Source: Candidatus Pacearchaeota archaeon
GTDB taxonomy: Archaea; Nanobdellota; Nanobdellia; Pacearchaeales; GW2011-AR1
Reading direction: 5' to 3'
DNA: 52,204 nt
NCBI GenBank assembly: GCA_038869535.1
Contig: JAWCQY010000001.1
Span: forward strand, 1-52,204
Positions 26,848-36,600 of the stretch are shown in pieces. How positions within the stretch are numbered: the first letter of the stretch is position 1; each line of letters begins with the position of its first letter. A program made the position numbers and the translations under genes. Below the pieces are notes generated by a model. That model was not told the DNA's origin. It worked only from the letters and a program-made list of their open reading frames with translations, and ran no database searches.

Positions 26848-27728
26848 TATAGCACCACAATTTTAGTAGATAAAAAATTCAGTAGTTGACTATATATACC
26901 ACCAACCTGCCACGAATATAATAATATAGCCGCTCCACTAACTGAAATAGTAATTGGCTTCCATTTATTTAAACCAGCATCATAACTTAACACTTGCCCA
27001 TCTTGAGGATTATCAATACTTACATCTTTTAATGATTTTAACTCGTTATCTTTCCATTCAACATCATAATCTGAAGTAGATTTCTTAACTATAATTTGAC
27101 CAACATTGCCGCCTGTTATTAAACCTGGACCTCTATATTTCTTCCACAATCCTGCAAAATCAGAAGCTTGTGGATTCTCAATCGGTGTTGTTGCAGAAAG
27201 TATAGCAATATAATCTAAATCAGGATTGAAATTTAATGTGAAATTATTGCCTTCATTATCAGATGCATAAGCTATATAAACAAATGCACCTGTTCCGTCA
27301 TTTCCTTGCTCTCCTTTTATCTTTTTCCATAAACCGACAAAATCTGATTGTGTTGGATTTATTATTTCTTCTCTTGTATGCTTTATAGCTATATAATCTT
27401 TATTTTCATCAAAAGTTAACGTGAACCCATTACCATTAGCATCATCTGCATAAGCAATGTAAATATATGTATTAGAACCACCAGAGCTTGAATTTTCTAT
27501 TTCCGAAGGAATGGATTCCCATACTCTGTATTCTCCATTGATTTTTATATACTCTTTATAAATTCCTTCTTTTTCTTTCTTGAAAAATCTCGAGTATTCT
27601 TTTACAAGATTTTTTGGGGGCAATTCATTTACTAATTTCCCTGTTAAATTTTCTACCTCATGGATTATAAAATCTAATTCTTTGTCAAGTCCGTTTATCT
27701 GAGGAAATTTATGAAGTCTCTTAATCAT
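26847..27728 (-). CDS. tail fibre / host-specificity-like protein with two tandem about 52-aa repeats
   Basis: 293 aa. Y[IV]YIAYA.D..G..FTL.F....DYIAI......I.NP..SDF.GLWKK..G occurs twice, a motif common in phage receptor-binding proteins. Confidence 0.6.
   Translation of the reverse strand: MIKRLHKFPQINGLDKELDFIIHEVENLTGKLVNELPPKNLVKEYSRFFKKEKEGIYKEYIKINGEYRVWESIPSEIENSSSGGSNTYIYIAYADDANGNGFTLTFDENKDYIAIKHTREEIINPTQSDFVGLWKKIKGEQGNDGTGAFVYIAYASDNEGNNFTLNFNPDLDYIAILSATTPIENPQASDFAGLWKKYRGPGLITGGNVGQIIVKKSTSDYDVEWKDNELKSLKDVSIDNPQDGQVLSYDAGLNKWKPITISVSGAAILLYSWQVGGIYSQLLNFLSTKIVVL
27132..27470 (-). repeat. in-frame tandem domain repeat (2 x about 52 aa) in the tail protein
   Basis: aa 87-139 and 148-199 of ORF 26847-27728. 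Confidence 0.7.
27501..27520 (-). repeat. palindromic element core, exact 20-mer (inverted)
   Basis: TTCCGAAGGAATGGATTCCC. Encodes ESIPSE in the tail protein. Confidence 0.95.
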
Positions 27729-29182
27729 TAAGATCCTCCGCCTGTTTGAACTTTTAATGTATATACAACTTTTAGTATAACCCCATTTTGAATATCGATA
27801 GATGAGCTTAATACATTTCTTGCAATTAAATAAATATACTTTGCTCCTGAAAATGTATCGCTTCCATCCACTTCTGCATAAGCTCCTATTGTTAATCCAT
27901 ATTCATTTACTTGGATTGTATTGCCTGAAGCATTTTCAAATGCTTTTATAATTTTAAATTGTGCATAATCTGTTCCTGTTTCGAAATCCTCTGCAAATCC
28001 TCCATAATAGAGCATTTTACCATTAGATTTGCCGTGTTCAATCAATTGATTTAGATTGTAATCCCCCATACTTACTGAAGCATTGCCGCTTCCTATAATT
28101 ATTCCTATCTTCCAATTTTGTTCGCTTTCATCATCAGGATATTCTATTGAATATCCACCTGCTTTTACTGCAATAAAATCAATCTTTGATGAACCATCTG
28201 TAATGTTATTATTATTAATATCAAACGCCGCCCTTGTTGAATTTGCTACATGTCTATACAATATCCTCATAAAGTTTGATACAAAGCCGCCGGGATCTGT
28301 CTGGGTATTTAATGATGTTTTTATTCTATAATTTACTGTTAATGTTTTCCCTGCTGCTACATTTACGCCGCTCGGAATCAGATCTCTCATTACTAATAAT
28401 TGCATCGAATTACTTCCCGCATACATTAACATTCCTATTTCATTTACCTGAACCGTATTAGAGGCTTGATTTGTAAATGTTCTTGTAATTGTTATTTGTG
28501 CTGAATTTGCATCATTAGTATCCTGTGATACTATAATGTTGTTATATATCAATCCTCCGTTTGTTGCTGATGAAGGTATTTGCTTTTCTAATAATTGATC
28601 ATCAATTGCAACAGCTGCGGTTCCTGTACCGATTACTATTTGAGCAATTCTAAAACTATTGTAAGATGGTTTATTTAAATTTGTGATAGGAACATATATA
28701 TTAACTCCTCCTGTTCCGCTTTGCCATCCAGATTGGTATACTGAATTTTCTAATTCCATAGTCGTATTATTAATCCTTGTAAAATCATATCTCCCGTCTA
28801 TATTAACTCCCTGAAATCCTCCTAATGTTACTTTGCCTGCTGGATAATTACTTAATATACTTGTATCAAACGTTATTCTTATTTTATTATTATTGCCGGG
28901 TCCGATAGATACAATACCAGAGCCTGATTTTGTTGTTTCATATCTGTAAAATGTACCTCCCATTACATTATTTCTAATGTCCCTGCTCATCTGCAGATAC
29001 ATAATTCTCAAAAAATTAGCTAATATAGAATCTCCCTTTTTTGTCAATATCTTTTCAGTCTTCCCATTTTCATCCGTAATAAATAAGTCAAGATATAAAT
29101 CTAAATCCCCGCAGTTTATGTTAAGTTCTTTGTTAATGATTTTTATTTTTTTTATTTCATTTTTACTGTTTTGTTTTATCAT
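27728..29182 (-). CDS. tail/baseplate protein with internal two-fold duplication
   Basis: 484 aa. ANFLRIMYLQMS/SNFMRILYRHVA, IVIGTGTAAVAIDD/IIIGSGNASVSMGD, NTVQVNEIG/NTIQVNEYG and TLTVNYRIKT/ILKVVYTLKV pair up between the two halves. Confidence 0.55.
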   Translation of the reverse strand: MIKQNSKNEIKKIKIINKELNINCGDLDLYLDLFITDENGKTEKILTKKGDSILANFLRIMYLQMSRDIRNNVMGGTFYRYETTKSGSGIVSIGPGNNNKIRITFDTSILSNYPAGKVTLGGFQGVNIDGRYDFTRINNTTMELENSVYQSGWQSGTGGVNIYVPITNLNKPSYNSFRIAQIVIGTGTAAVAIDDQLLEKQIPSSATNGGLIYNNIIVSQDTNDANSAQITITRTFTNQASNTVQVNEIGMLMYAGSNSMQLLVMRDLIPSGVNVAAGKTLTVNYRIKTSLNTQTDPGGFVSNFMRILYRHVANSTRAAFDINNNNITDGSSKIDFIAVKAGGYSIEYPDDESEQNWKIGIIIGSGNASVSMGDYNLNQLIEHGKSNGKMLYYGGFAEDFETGTDYAQFKIIKAFENASGNTIQVNEYGLTIGAYAEVDGSDTFSGAKYIYLIARNVLSSSIDIQNGVILKVVYTLKVQTGGGS

Positions 29183-29202
29183 GCTGTCTCCTCTTAAAAA
29201 TA

Positions 29203-29268
29203 AAAACCGATAATTATCCTTCTCTTTTTTAGAAAAAGATCATCATCGGCTTCTTTTTATCGAATTAC
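29203..29268 (-). terminator. late-gene punctuation module (box + imperfect hairpin + U-tract), copy b
   Basis: Minus strand: GTAATTCGATAAAAAGAAG-CCGAT...ATCGG-TTTTTATTTTTAAGAGGAGACAGCATG. 29249-29268 is 20/20 identical to 41431-41450. Confidence 0.45.
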
Positions 29269-29304
29269 CGTTAATAAATCTGCTTGCCGCAGTTAAGTTT
29301 ATTT

Positions 29305-30252
29305 TTATGGAGTTACCGTATAATCAAATTCATTCACTATTTTATTTAATGCATTTAACTCTGATTTATTAAGAACAGATAATGATGCATAATTGTTTAC
29401 TGTTACATCTGCTTCAGGCTCACTTGTAAGAAATGTTTCTGTTTCATATAAAATGTTGTTCACGTTTTTATTCAACTTATCTTTAACAATATATTCGATA
29501 TTTGTTATACCGAATATATTTTGGAATGTAATTTCTTTGCCTGTAGAAAATGCCATCAATTCACTGCTTATTTCCTGTTTTGTTTGCTCGCTTGTTGAAT
29601 ATATTCTGCAGTAATATATCTGCTCTAATTCCAACCCGGTAATTAATTCATCGTGATAAAATTCATATTCATCATTTCTTACCTCATTGCTTAAATTCTC
29701 AGGAGACAGTCCATATACTACTCTTCCTTTGGCTCTATGTGTAGTTGCCCATACTACTTTTACAGAATTTGCCGTTACCTCACCTGCTAATGGTACTTTT
29801 ATTTCAAATGGAGTATATATTATAGAAAAACTTGGCGGTTCAGGCTGTTCTTCTATTTCCATTAATTGCAATGGTTTGCCGCCATACTTCCCAATTGGAA
29901 TTTCTTTTACTGAAATCCTTAAAGATGTCAATTCAAGTTCTTCTGCATATCCATATAATCTAATGTAAAAACATACTGCGAGTATTCCCGGCGGCAGTTT
30001 CTGCTTGAATATTTTATCATCTTTGTTCAGTTTAAATGTTACGCTTTCCCATTGCATATCAGTATTTCTTTTATAATATACAGTTATAAATAATTCTCCA
30101 TGGGAATCCATTCCTTCGGAAGAAGTTTTTATTTTATAAAATTCACCTGATATATAGCCAAGTAAATATCTGCCATTGCTTTGACTTTCTTCGAATATAT
30201 TAATTACTGGACCCGAAACATCTATTTCAATAGCATTACCATAATCATTCAT
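29305..30252 (-). CDS. structural protein with FN3-like domain
   Basis: 315 aa. VTANSVKVVWATTHRAKGRVVYGLSPENLSNEV...YYCRIYS is fibronectin-III / PAP-N-like. Core repeat at 30102-30121 encodes SSEGMDSH. Confidence 0.5.
   Translation of the reverse strand: MNDYGNAIEIDVSGPVINIFEESQSNGRYLLGYISGEFYKIKTSSEGMDSHGELFITVYYKRNTDMQWESVTFKLNKDDKIFKQKLPPGILAVCFYIRLYGYAEELELTSLRISVKEIPIGKYGGKPLQLMEIEEQPEPPSFSIIYTPFEIKVPLAGEVTANSVKVVWATTHRAKGRVVYGLSPENLSNEVRNDEYEFYHDELITGLELEQIYYCRIYSTSEQTKQEISSELMAFSTGKEITFQNIFGITNIEYIVKDKLNKNVNNILYETETFLTSEPEADVTVNNYASLSVLNKSELNALNKIVNEFDYTVTP
30102..30121 (+). repeat. palindromic element core, exact 20-mer
   Basis: Encodes SEGMDSH in the FN3-domain protein. Confidence 0.95.
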
Positions 30253-30776
30253 AATATTTTTCCTGTTATATTGAATTTAACAACGAAAATAATTATTAAT
30301 ACAATTACCAGAAATATTATTATTCCTTTTGCTGCATATCCCAATTTTTCGGTTGTTGTAACTTCTTTTTTCTCTGTTATCATTGTTGTATCTGATATTA
30401 TTGTATCAACTTTATGTTCTTCTATATCAAGCTCAAAAAATTTTTTCTTGGGATAATATTTTACTTTTGCTTTTGTTTTGCCTTTTGCTGTCATTATCTC
30501 TTTTTCTCCTTCTATTCTTGCTTCTTCTGGTACCTTTTGAAATAGACTGTCAATTGCTTTGGTTATTTCAGCAGATATATCTTTATATTCAGCTTTTATC
30601 GAATCTTCAATTTTAGGGATGGTAATTTCAACTTTTCTTGCTTTAATTATTGTCTCCCCGCTTGAACAGGCAATTACAAGTATTATTAAACTAATTCCGA
30701 AGGAATGTCCAAAAGGACTCCTTTTGGGAATCCATTCCTTCAGAAGGAGGATTCCCAAAACAATTATATTTTTCAT
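30249..30776 (-). CDS. unimolecular-spanin-like lipoprotein (N-terminal lipobox, C-terminal TMD) interrupted by the 63-nt element
   Basis: 175 aa. ATGA overlap with the endolysin stop. Lipobox LVIAC|SSG. C-terminal helix GIIIFLVIVLIIIFVV. Codons 8-26 come from the repeat. Confidence 0.55.
   Translation of the reverse strand: MKNIIVLGILLLKEWIPKRSPFGHSFGISLIILVIACSSGETIIKARKVEITIPKIEDSIKAEYKDISAEITKAIDSLFQKVPEEARIEGEKEIMTAKGKTKAKVKYYPKKKFFELDIEEHKVDTIISDTTMITEKKEVTTTEKLGYAAKGIIIFLVIVLIIIFVVKFNITGKIL
30695..30757 (+). repeat. palindromic element, full 63-nt copy (62/63)
   Basis: One mismatch (CGGAAGG to CAGAAGG). Lies inside the spanin-like signal peptide. Confidence 0.95.
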
Positions 30777-31282
30777 GATTTCATTAAATACTTTTTGTAT
30801 AATGTTTCTTTGTCGCCTGTACTGTAAAGAAATGTTTCGGCTTCTCTTCTTTTAATTAATCCTTTCAACACAATCAATTTCCCGTTTATATTTGCTTTGT
30901 TATACTGACTCATTATATAAACAGTAGTTCTAACATTATTTTCATTTATAGACTTTTGTAAATTTCCTTTAATTCTGTAACCTGTGTTGTAACTAAAACT
31001 TACTATAGCATCAAATTGATTCCAGATTAAAATCCTTTTTACTGAGTTATTTACATATTTCTCAAATCTTTCAAGATCTTTCTTTAATAATTCTTCCGCT
31101 TCTTTTTCAGTAATTACCATATTGGGATATATATCTTTTCCTGTGTGTCCATAACCGATTGTTAAGATTGATGCCGGACATAAATAAGCCTGACTTCTGA
31201 ACCCTTCAAAAAATTTTATTAAATCTATTCCAGCTTGTGATGTTTTTAATCCCATAATTATTATTAATATTAAACCTTTCAT
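30773..31282 (-). CDS. GH24 (T4/P21-type) endolysin with N-terminal signal/SAR-like segment
   Basis: 169 aa. FFEGFRSQAYLCPASILTIGYGHTG gives E26-x8-C35-x5-T41. N-terminus MKGLILIIIMGLKTSQAG. Confidence 0.75.
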   Translation of the reverse strand: MKGLILIIIMGLKTSQAGIDLIKFFEGFRSQAYLCPASILTIGYGHTGKDIYPNMVITEKEAEELLKKDLERFEKYVNNSVKRILIWNQFDAIVSFSYNTGYRIKGNLQKSINENNVRTTVYIMSQYNKANINGKLIVLKGLIKRREAETFLYSTGDKETLYKKYLMKS

Positions 31283-31285
31283 TCT

Positions 31286-31765
31286 TCATCTTAAAAAGAT
31301 TGTTATATGTAATACAGTTACCAGTATACCGCTTGTAAGCAGTGCTGATGCTAAAACTACCATTGATGATGTTCTTTCTTTTTCACTTAATTTCATATCT
31401 TCGCCTTTGAATTTGTACCTTGTAAAAGGCAAATCTGTGAATAAATATTGCAGCAATGTTGCAAGTAATGCAGTTAATGGTATATAGATTAAACTCATTA
31501 TTATTACCTCAAATACTTTTATAATCCTGCTTTCTTTATCAATCGCAGTAATTTCATTTTGTAATTTTATTACAAGATTAATGTCTTTATAATTATTTGT
31601 TTTATCATCATACTGTTGCGCGATTAAGTTATACCTTTTAGAAATTTCTATTTCTTTTTCATTTGCATTTGGCAGCAGCCATATAGTTAATAAAATTAAA
31701 CCTGCTGTTGCAATAATAATTGCAGTTGTGTTCAGTTTCATCTTCTTTAACCATTCTTTTCCCAA
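31286..31765 (-). CDS. putative holin (3 TM segments)
   Basis: 159 aa, TTG with GAGG RBS. Hydrophobic helices at about aa 14-31, 85-105 and 135-157. Directly upstream of the endolysin. Confidence 0.45.
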   Translation of the reverse strand: MGKEWLKKMKLNTTAIIIATAGLILLTIWLLPNANEKEIEISKRYNLIAQQYDDKTNNYKDINLVIKLQNEITAIDKESRIIKVFEVIIMSLIYIPLTALLATLLQYLFTDLPFTRYKFKGEDMKLSEKERTSSMVVLASALLTSGILVTVLHITIFLR

Positions 31766-31774
31766 TTTATACCT

Positions 31775-32062
31775 CTACTTTTTTTGATAAATAAATTTAT
31801 CCTCAAACTTGTCAAACTTCTTATTCAGGATTTCAAGCTGTTCATTAATTAATTTTAATTGTTCCTGCAGTCCCGGTATTTGGTCAATTCTTATATACAT
31901 TTCTTTTATTTCCTGCCTGTAGCTTTCTATTGCATTTATTATTTCTTTTTTAACTTCTTCCTTTGACGGCTTCTCATCAAGTTTTGCAACTGTATATCCA
32001 ACATTAAATGTTACAATTGCAATCGCTACAATTATCTGCCAGTATTCAGTTATTTTCTTCAT
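31775..32062 (-). CDS. membrane-anchored coiled-coil protein (lysis-associated; antiholin or spanin-like)
   Basis: An ATG at 32062 after GGAGAG is preferred over the track start at 32104, which overlaps the fibre gene. One N-terminal TM helix, then a coiled coil. Confidence 0.4.
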   Translation of the reverse strand: MKKITEYWQIIVAIAIVTFNVGYTVAKLDEKPSKEEVKKEIINAIESYRQEIKEMYIRIDQIPGLQEQLKLINEQLEILNKKFDKFEDKFIYQKK

Positions 32063-32073
32063 TATTCTCTCCA

Positions 32074-33534
32074 TTATAATGTAGATGCTTTCCTTCTGAA
32101 CCAATAAAATTGCAAATCTGCTGTCCCGTTGCTTCCTCGTCTTACTATTAATTTACCTGTCTGTGCTTCAGCTATAAGCATATCATTTGCATTCCACACT
32201 TCTGATTTTGGGGTCAAATAATATCTGTCATTTGCATTTGCACCATTTATATTTATCTCACAGTATGATGATGTTCCTGAAAATTGTCCTGTCCCGCTTT
32301 GTATATAATCTTTTACTTCTTCTATCGTTGGTATTTCTTTGGTATATAAATTTGCACCGTCATCAAATCTTATTTTTAATCTGAATAATCTTTTGCCGGT
32401 TTCATCAATAAAAGTATTATCAGTCCAGACAGCATTTGCATAATATTGCGGATTTCCCATATATCTTACGTCTGGCAGTTGCAATAATCCTGAATTCATA
32501 TCAATGCTTGAACCTGTTTTCCCGATAATCCTGCTGTAAAAATCACGCTGAATCCCTGTCTTGCCTATAAGTATTTCCGCATCATTTTTTACAGCATCAA
32601 GTACCTTCTTAATTGGCAGCACTTCAAAATATTCATCGTTTATTGCATCTGGTTCATTATAATGACTTCTGCCAAAATTGACTAATATTCTTTTGTTTGT
32701 TTCATCGATATAAATTGCACCTGGTGCGTCTTCTGCATAATAACCATTCTGCGCATTTCTCACAGGTAATGCATATACTTGCCCATTGTGGTACATATAT
32801 ATACCGACACCGTTTATTTGTCCATCATGAACTGATAAACCATGAAGACTTACATAATTTTCACCTTCACTTGAACCTAAAACAAGAAAATTAGTCCCTG
32901 AACCATCCTTTGATATTTTTACTACATTATTTGCACTGTCATAATAAATTGCTCCAGTTCTCCGTCCTGGAGATGTATTCGGTGGTGTTAACGGCAATGC
33001 AAATGAACTGCCGGGAATAGGAGAAATATCTATATTGAAAAATGTTTTAACTCCTGTAATTGTTTGATCCCCTGATATTAAAACCATTCCCGAAGTTTGT
33101 CCGCTTCCTCCTCCGCTCCCTACAGCTATATAATTTCCATTGCCTTCTAAATCGACTTTAATAGTTCTGCTGTTAACATCAAAATATGCATTACCTACAG
33201 CATTTACTGCCGGTGGTTGTGTTGGCAGTTTAATTCTTACCGGCAAAACTGCCCCGATGAAGTTAAGATTTTGATCAAATAAAGCTGCTATATGCTGTAA
33301 TATGCTTTCTGGATGAAAAATATTCTGCGTATATAATGAACCATTGATATATATTTTATATTCACCAAGCGGCACACCATCTTTATAATACCAGCCTTTC
33401 CTTGTTGGATGTTCAATTAATGTTATTTTCCCTTCAGGATAATTTTTATCTTGCGGCACTAATTCAATTATAGCTCCAAGCAGAGGATTGCCAGTGTTAT
33501 TTGTAAATCTTCTCTCGAATTTTGATGTTGCCAT
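32074..33534 (-). CDS. tail fibre protein
   Basis: 486 aa. Gly-rich hinge GSGGGSGQTSG. Position between the tail spike and the lysis cassette. Confidence 0.5.
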   Translation of the reverse strand: MATSKFERRFTNNTGNPLLGAIIELVPQDKNYPEGKITLIEHPTRKGWYYKDGVPLGEYKIYINGSLYTQNIFHPESILQHIAALFDQNLNFIGAVLPVRIKLPTQPPAVNAVGNAYFDVNSRTIKVDLEGNGNYIAVGSGGGSGQTSGMVLISGDQTITGVKTFFNIDISPIPGSSFALPLTPPNTSPGRRTGAIYYDSANNVVKISKDGSGTNFLVLGSSEGENYVSLHGLSVHDGQINGVGIYMYHNGQVYALPVRNAQNGYYAEDAPGAIYIDETNKRILVNFGRSHYNEPDAINDEYFEVLPIKKVLDAVKNDAEILIGKTGIQRDFYSRIIGKTGSSIDMNSGLLQLPDVRYMGNPQYYANAVWTDNTFIDETGKRLFRLKIRFDDGANLYTKEIPTIEEVKDYIQSGTGQFSGTSSYCEININGANANDRYYLTPKSEVWNANDMLIAEAQTGKLIVRRGSNGTADLQFYWFRRKASTL

Positions 33535-33552
33535 TCTAAATCTCCAATTAAA

Positions 33553-33626
33553 ACAAAAAGGCAGTTATTTATCCTTTTATTACAAAAATTATAGAATAAA
33601 TAACTGCCTCTTTTTATTGAGTAACA
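33553..33626 (-). terminator. late-gene punctuation module, copy c
   Basis: Minus strand: GTTACTCAATAAAAAGA-GGCAGTTATTTAT(23-nt loop)ATAAATAACTGCC-TTTTTGTTTTAATTGGAGATTTAGAATG. The 13-bp stem is perfect (33560-33572 with 33596-33608). Confidence 0.6.
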
Positions 33627-33640
33627 GTAAATTTTAGATA

Positions 33641-36600
33641 TTAGAGTTCGTAAACAAACTCTCCTGTCATTACATATTCTTCTGCTGCGTTATAATCAAG
33701 AACTGCTTCTTCAGTATATATGTCTCCTAATGAAAGAAAATATAATTTATTCCTGAATCCTGCCCTGTAAACTTCTGGAAAATGATATTTCTTTTCTTCA
33801 ATCCATCCATTTTCAGTATATAAATATTCTGTTTTTTGTTCTGGTTTAAATAATCTTATTCTGTATGAATTATGCTTATCTCTTACTGCAAATATTAATT
33901 GTTTATCTGACGTATCTAAATATAAATCTCTGATTGTATTTTTAAGTAGCGGAATAATTTGCCCATTATTATACATATAAATATCTTCTCCACCGCACCA
34001 GTATATTATACCATTCATATTTACTATAGAATTTTTTGCTACCAAACTCACACCCAGATATGGTTCTTTTGCAATTCCAGTTTCAGGATCAAGTACGATA
34101 ATTGAACTGTCTTTTAATATCAATAGATCCATTGACGGCAATAGTGCCATGCTTAATGCTTCATTACTGTCATACTTTTCTAATTCTCTAAAATTTGAAA
34201 ATGAAGCTATATCATACATAAATGCACCGCTTGAGTGTATATGCGATACCATAAGATAATTTTCATATCTCTTATCAATAAATGGATTTAAATAATATGT
34301 TCTCCCTTTAAATGATAAAGCTTTATCCCAGCCTTTTACAAGATTAAAAGTTGGATTATAACCTAACTCATCTTTCATTTCTTCTTTTGCTTCAAATGTA
34401 TCTACTACTGTATAATTTTTTTCTTTAATTGATACTTTATCAATATAAAATTCAACTGAACTTGACTGCCTCCCAAATACTACTGCATTCTCAAATTCTC
34501 TAAATAAACTCCAGTTTTGACCATAATCATTGCTTTGATATATCCTGCCCTGTGAATCTGCTGACATAATTTTATCATTCATAATGTATAAATCATAAAT
34601 ATCCATGCTTGTTAAACCAGCATTGCTTTCAATCCAGTTATTGCCGTCAAGACTTCTGTAAATTCCATATTGTGTTCTCATATTATCAGCATTATACAGG
34701 GAGACAAGTAAATAATTATCTTTTTTAATAAAAGCTGAAATAAATTTATCTTCATTCGGGAGCCCATCATTCACTTCCGTCCAATTGTCTCCATTATTAT
34801 TGGTTTTGAAAATCCCTCCGCCAAACGTCCCCGCATATAAATTGTTCCCATCAGCAAATAATATTGTTACATCTGAGTTTGTTAATCCGTTGTTTTTTTG
34901 AATCCACGTCAACCCTTCATCATTACTCAAATACACTCCGCTTTGAAAGACTCCGGCAAATATGAGATTACCTATATTCGCAAATGTTGTGATTGCATTA
35001 CTGATACTATTACTTACAAGAGTAAAATTTTCTCCATCTTCACTTCTGTAAATTTTCCCGTCACTGCAGCCCAAAAATATTTTATTGTTAATTACTTTAA
35101 TTATGTTTGCATTTGTTATCAATGTAATTTGTGTCCAGCTGTTGCCTCCATTATCACTTTTGTAAATTTTAGTTGATACTGCAAGTAGCCTTGAACCAAA
35201 TTCAATTATATAATAACCATATCCTTCTTCCAACAAAGGAAGCCCGCTGTTTGATAACTGCCAATCCGAACCATTATATCTGTATACCTTCCCGGATTTA
35301 GTCGAAATAAATTGATATTTCCCCGGGAAAACTGCTAAAGTAAAATATTTCGGTGCTTCGTTAAAATTATCTGCAAATAATTCAAAATCATATTTTTGAT
35401 AATTACCTGTTACATTAATTGATTTCTGCGTTCTGTTTAATACTAATTTTGATTCCCCCAGGAAAAATGAGTAGATTTTATTCGTTGTAGATTTTATATA
35501 TGCAGAAATTGTATAATATCTATTCCTTGTAATATTGTTTAACGGCAGAATGATACCTGCTCTCGATGATGTTTCAGGAATTGAAACTATATTATCTTTT
35601 CTGTATCTGAAAGCATAATTATCAACCGCATCACTTACAACTTCTAAATTTCCTTCATTAAAAACATTCCATTCACCTATACTGTTTGCATCTGAAATTG
35701 ATACTGCATTGGCTCCATTATTTAATTCAATTTCAACCTCTTCCTGCGGCTGCAATGTGGATATAAGTGATATTTTCCCATAATTATCAATTTTCCAGCT
35801 GCCCTGATTAAATTCACTTTCTGTAATATTATACTTGCCTATCTTAAAGAAATTAATATTATCGTTGCTTATATATACTCCAAAACCTGTCAGTCTTTTA
35901 TTAATAATTCCAAAATTTATATTTGGTATGATCTCAATTGTTTTGTTATTTTCTATTTGAACATTTTCTTCTGCAATTAGCATTTCCTCATAATTATCAA
36001 TAATTCCGGTCAATCTTATCGTATAATCTCCTGCTGTAAGAGAACCGCCGTCTATTACATTTATCTGCAGTTTGTAATTTTTTTGTTCTAATATATGTGT
36101 GTCAAGTATGATTTCATCTATCTTGCTTAGATTTTCAAGTATATAACTTTCCTGTATATCTGGATGAATATTTGGGAAATCAAATTTTTTTATTTGATAG
36201 TATCTTTTTCTGTAACCTATTGTAAGCCCTGGTCTATTTTCATAACCGCCAAATCCTATTTTTAAATCATTTATTATTTTATGAAAAGTTATTTCACTCC
36301 AGTTAACTCTATGCAATTCTTCAAGATAATTTAAATCAATCCAATTTCTGCTTAATATTACAACATCCCCTGTGTTCCAGTTTGTATTATAATTTGTATG
36401 ACAAATCCTTATTTCATTGCCTTCTGCTTTGGAAGTAATGACTTTTGCAAATTCATTTTTTGTTCTGTTATATATTGTAAAATTATTAAATGAATTATTC
36501 TGTACCCCGTTATTAATTCCGCCGTAGACTTTTATCATATTTGGATATGTGATATCTGAACCAGCTGTAATTTTTGTAATGATTGTTTTATTTAGCCAGT

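Noticed and set aside
27132-27470. A diversity-generating retroelement (TR/VR pair) in the tail protein repeats
   Set aside because: The two repeats are adjacent in-frame domain duplicates that have diverged at all base types. There is no reverse transcriptase and no separate template repeat in the window.
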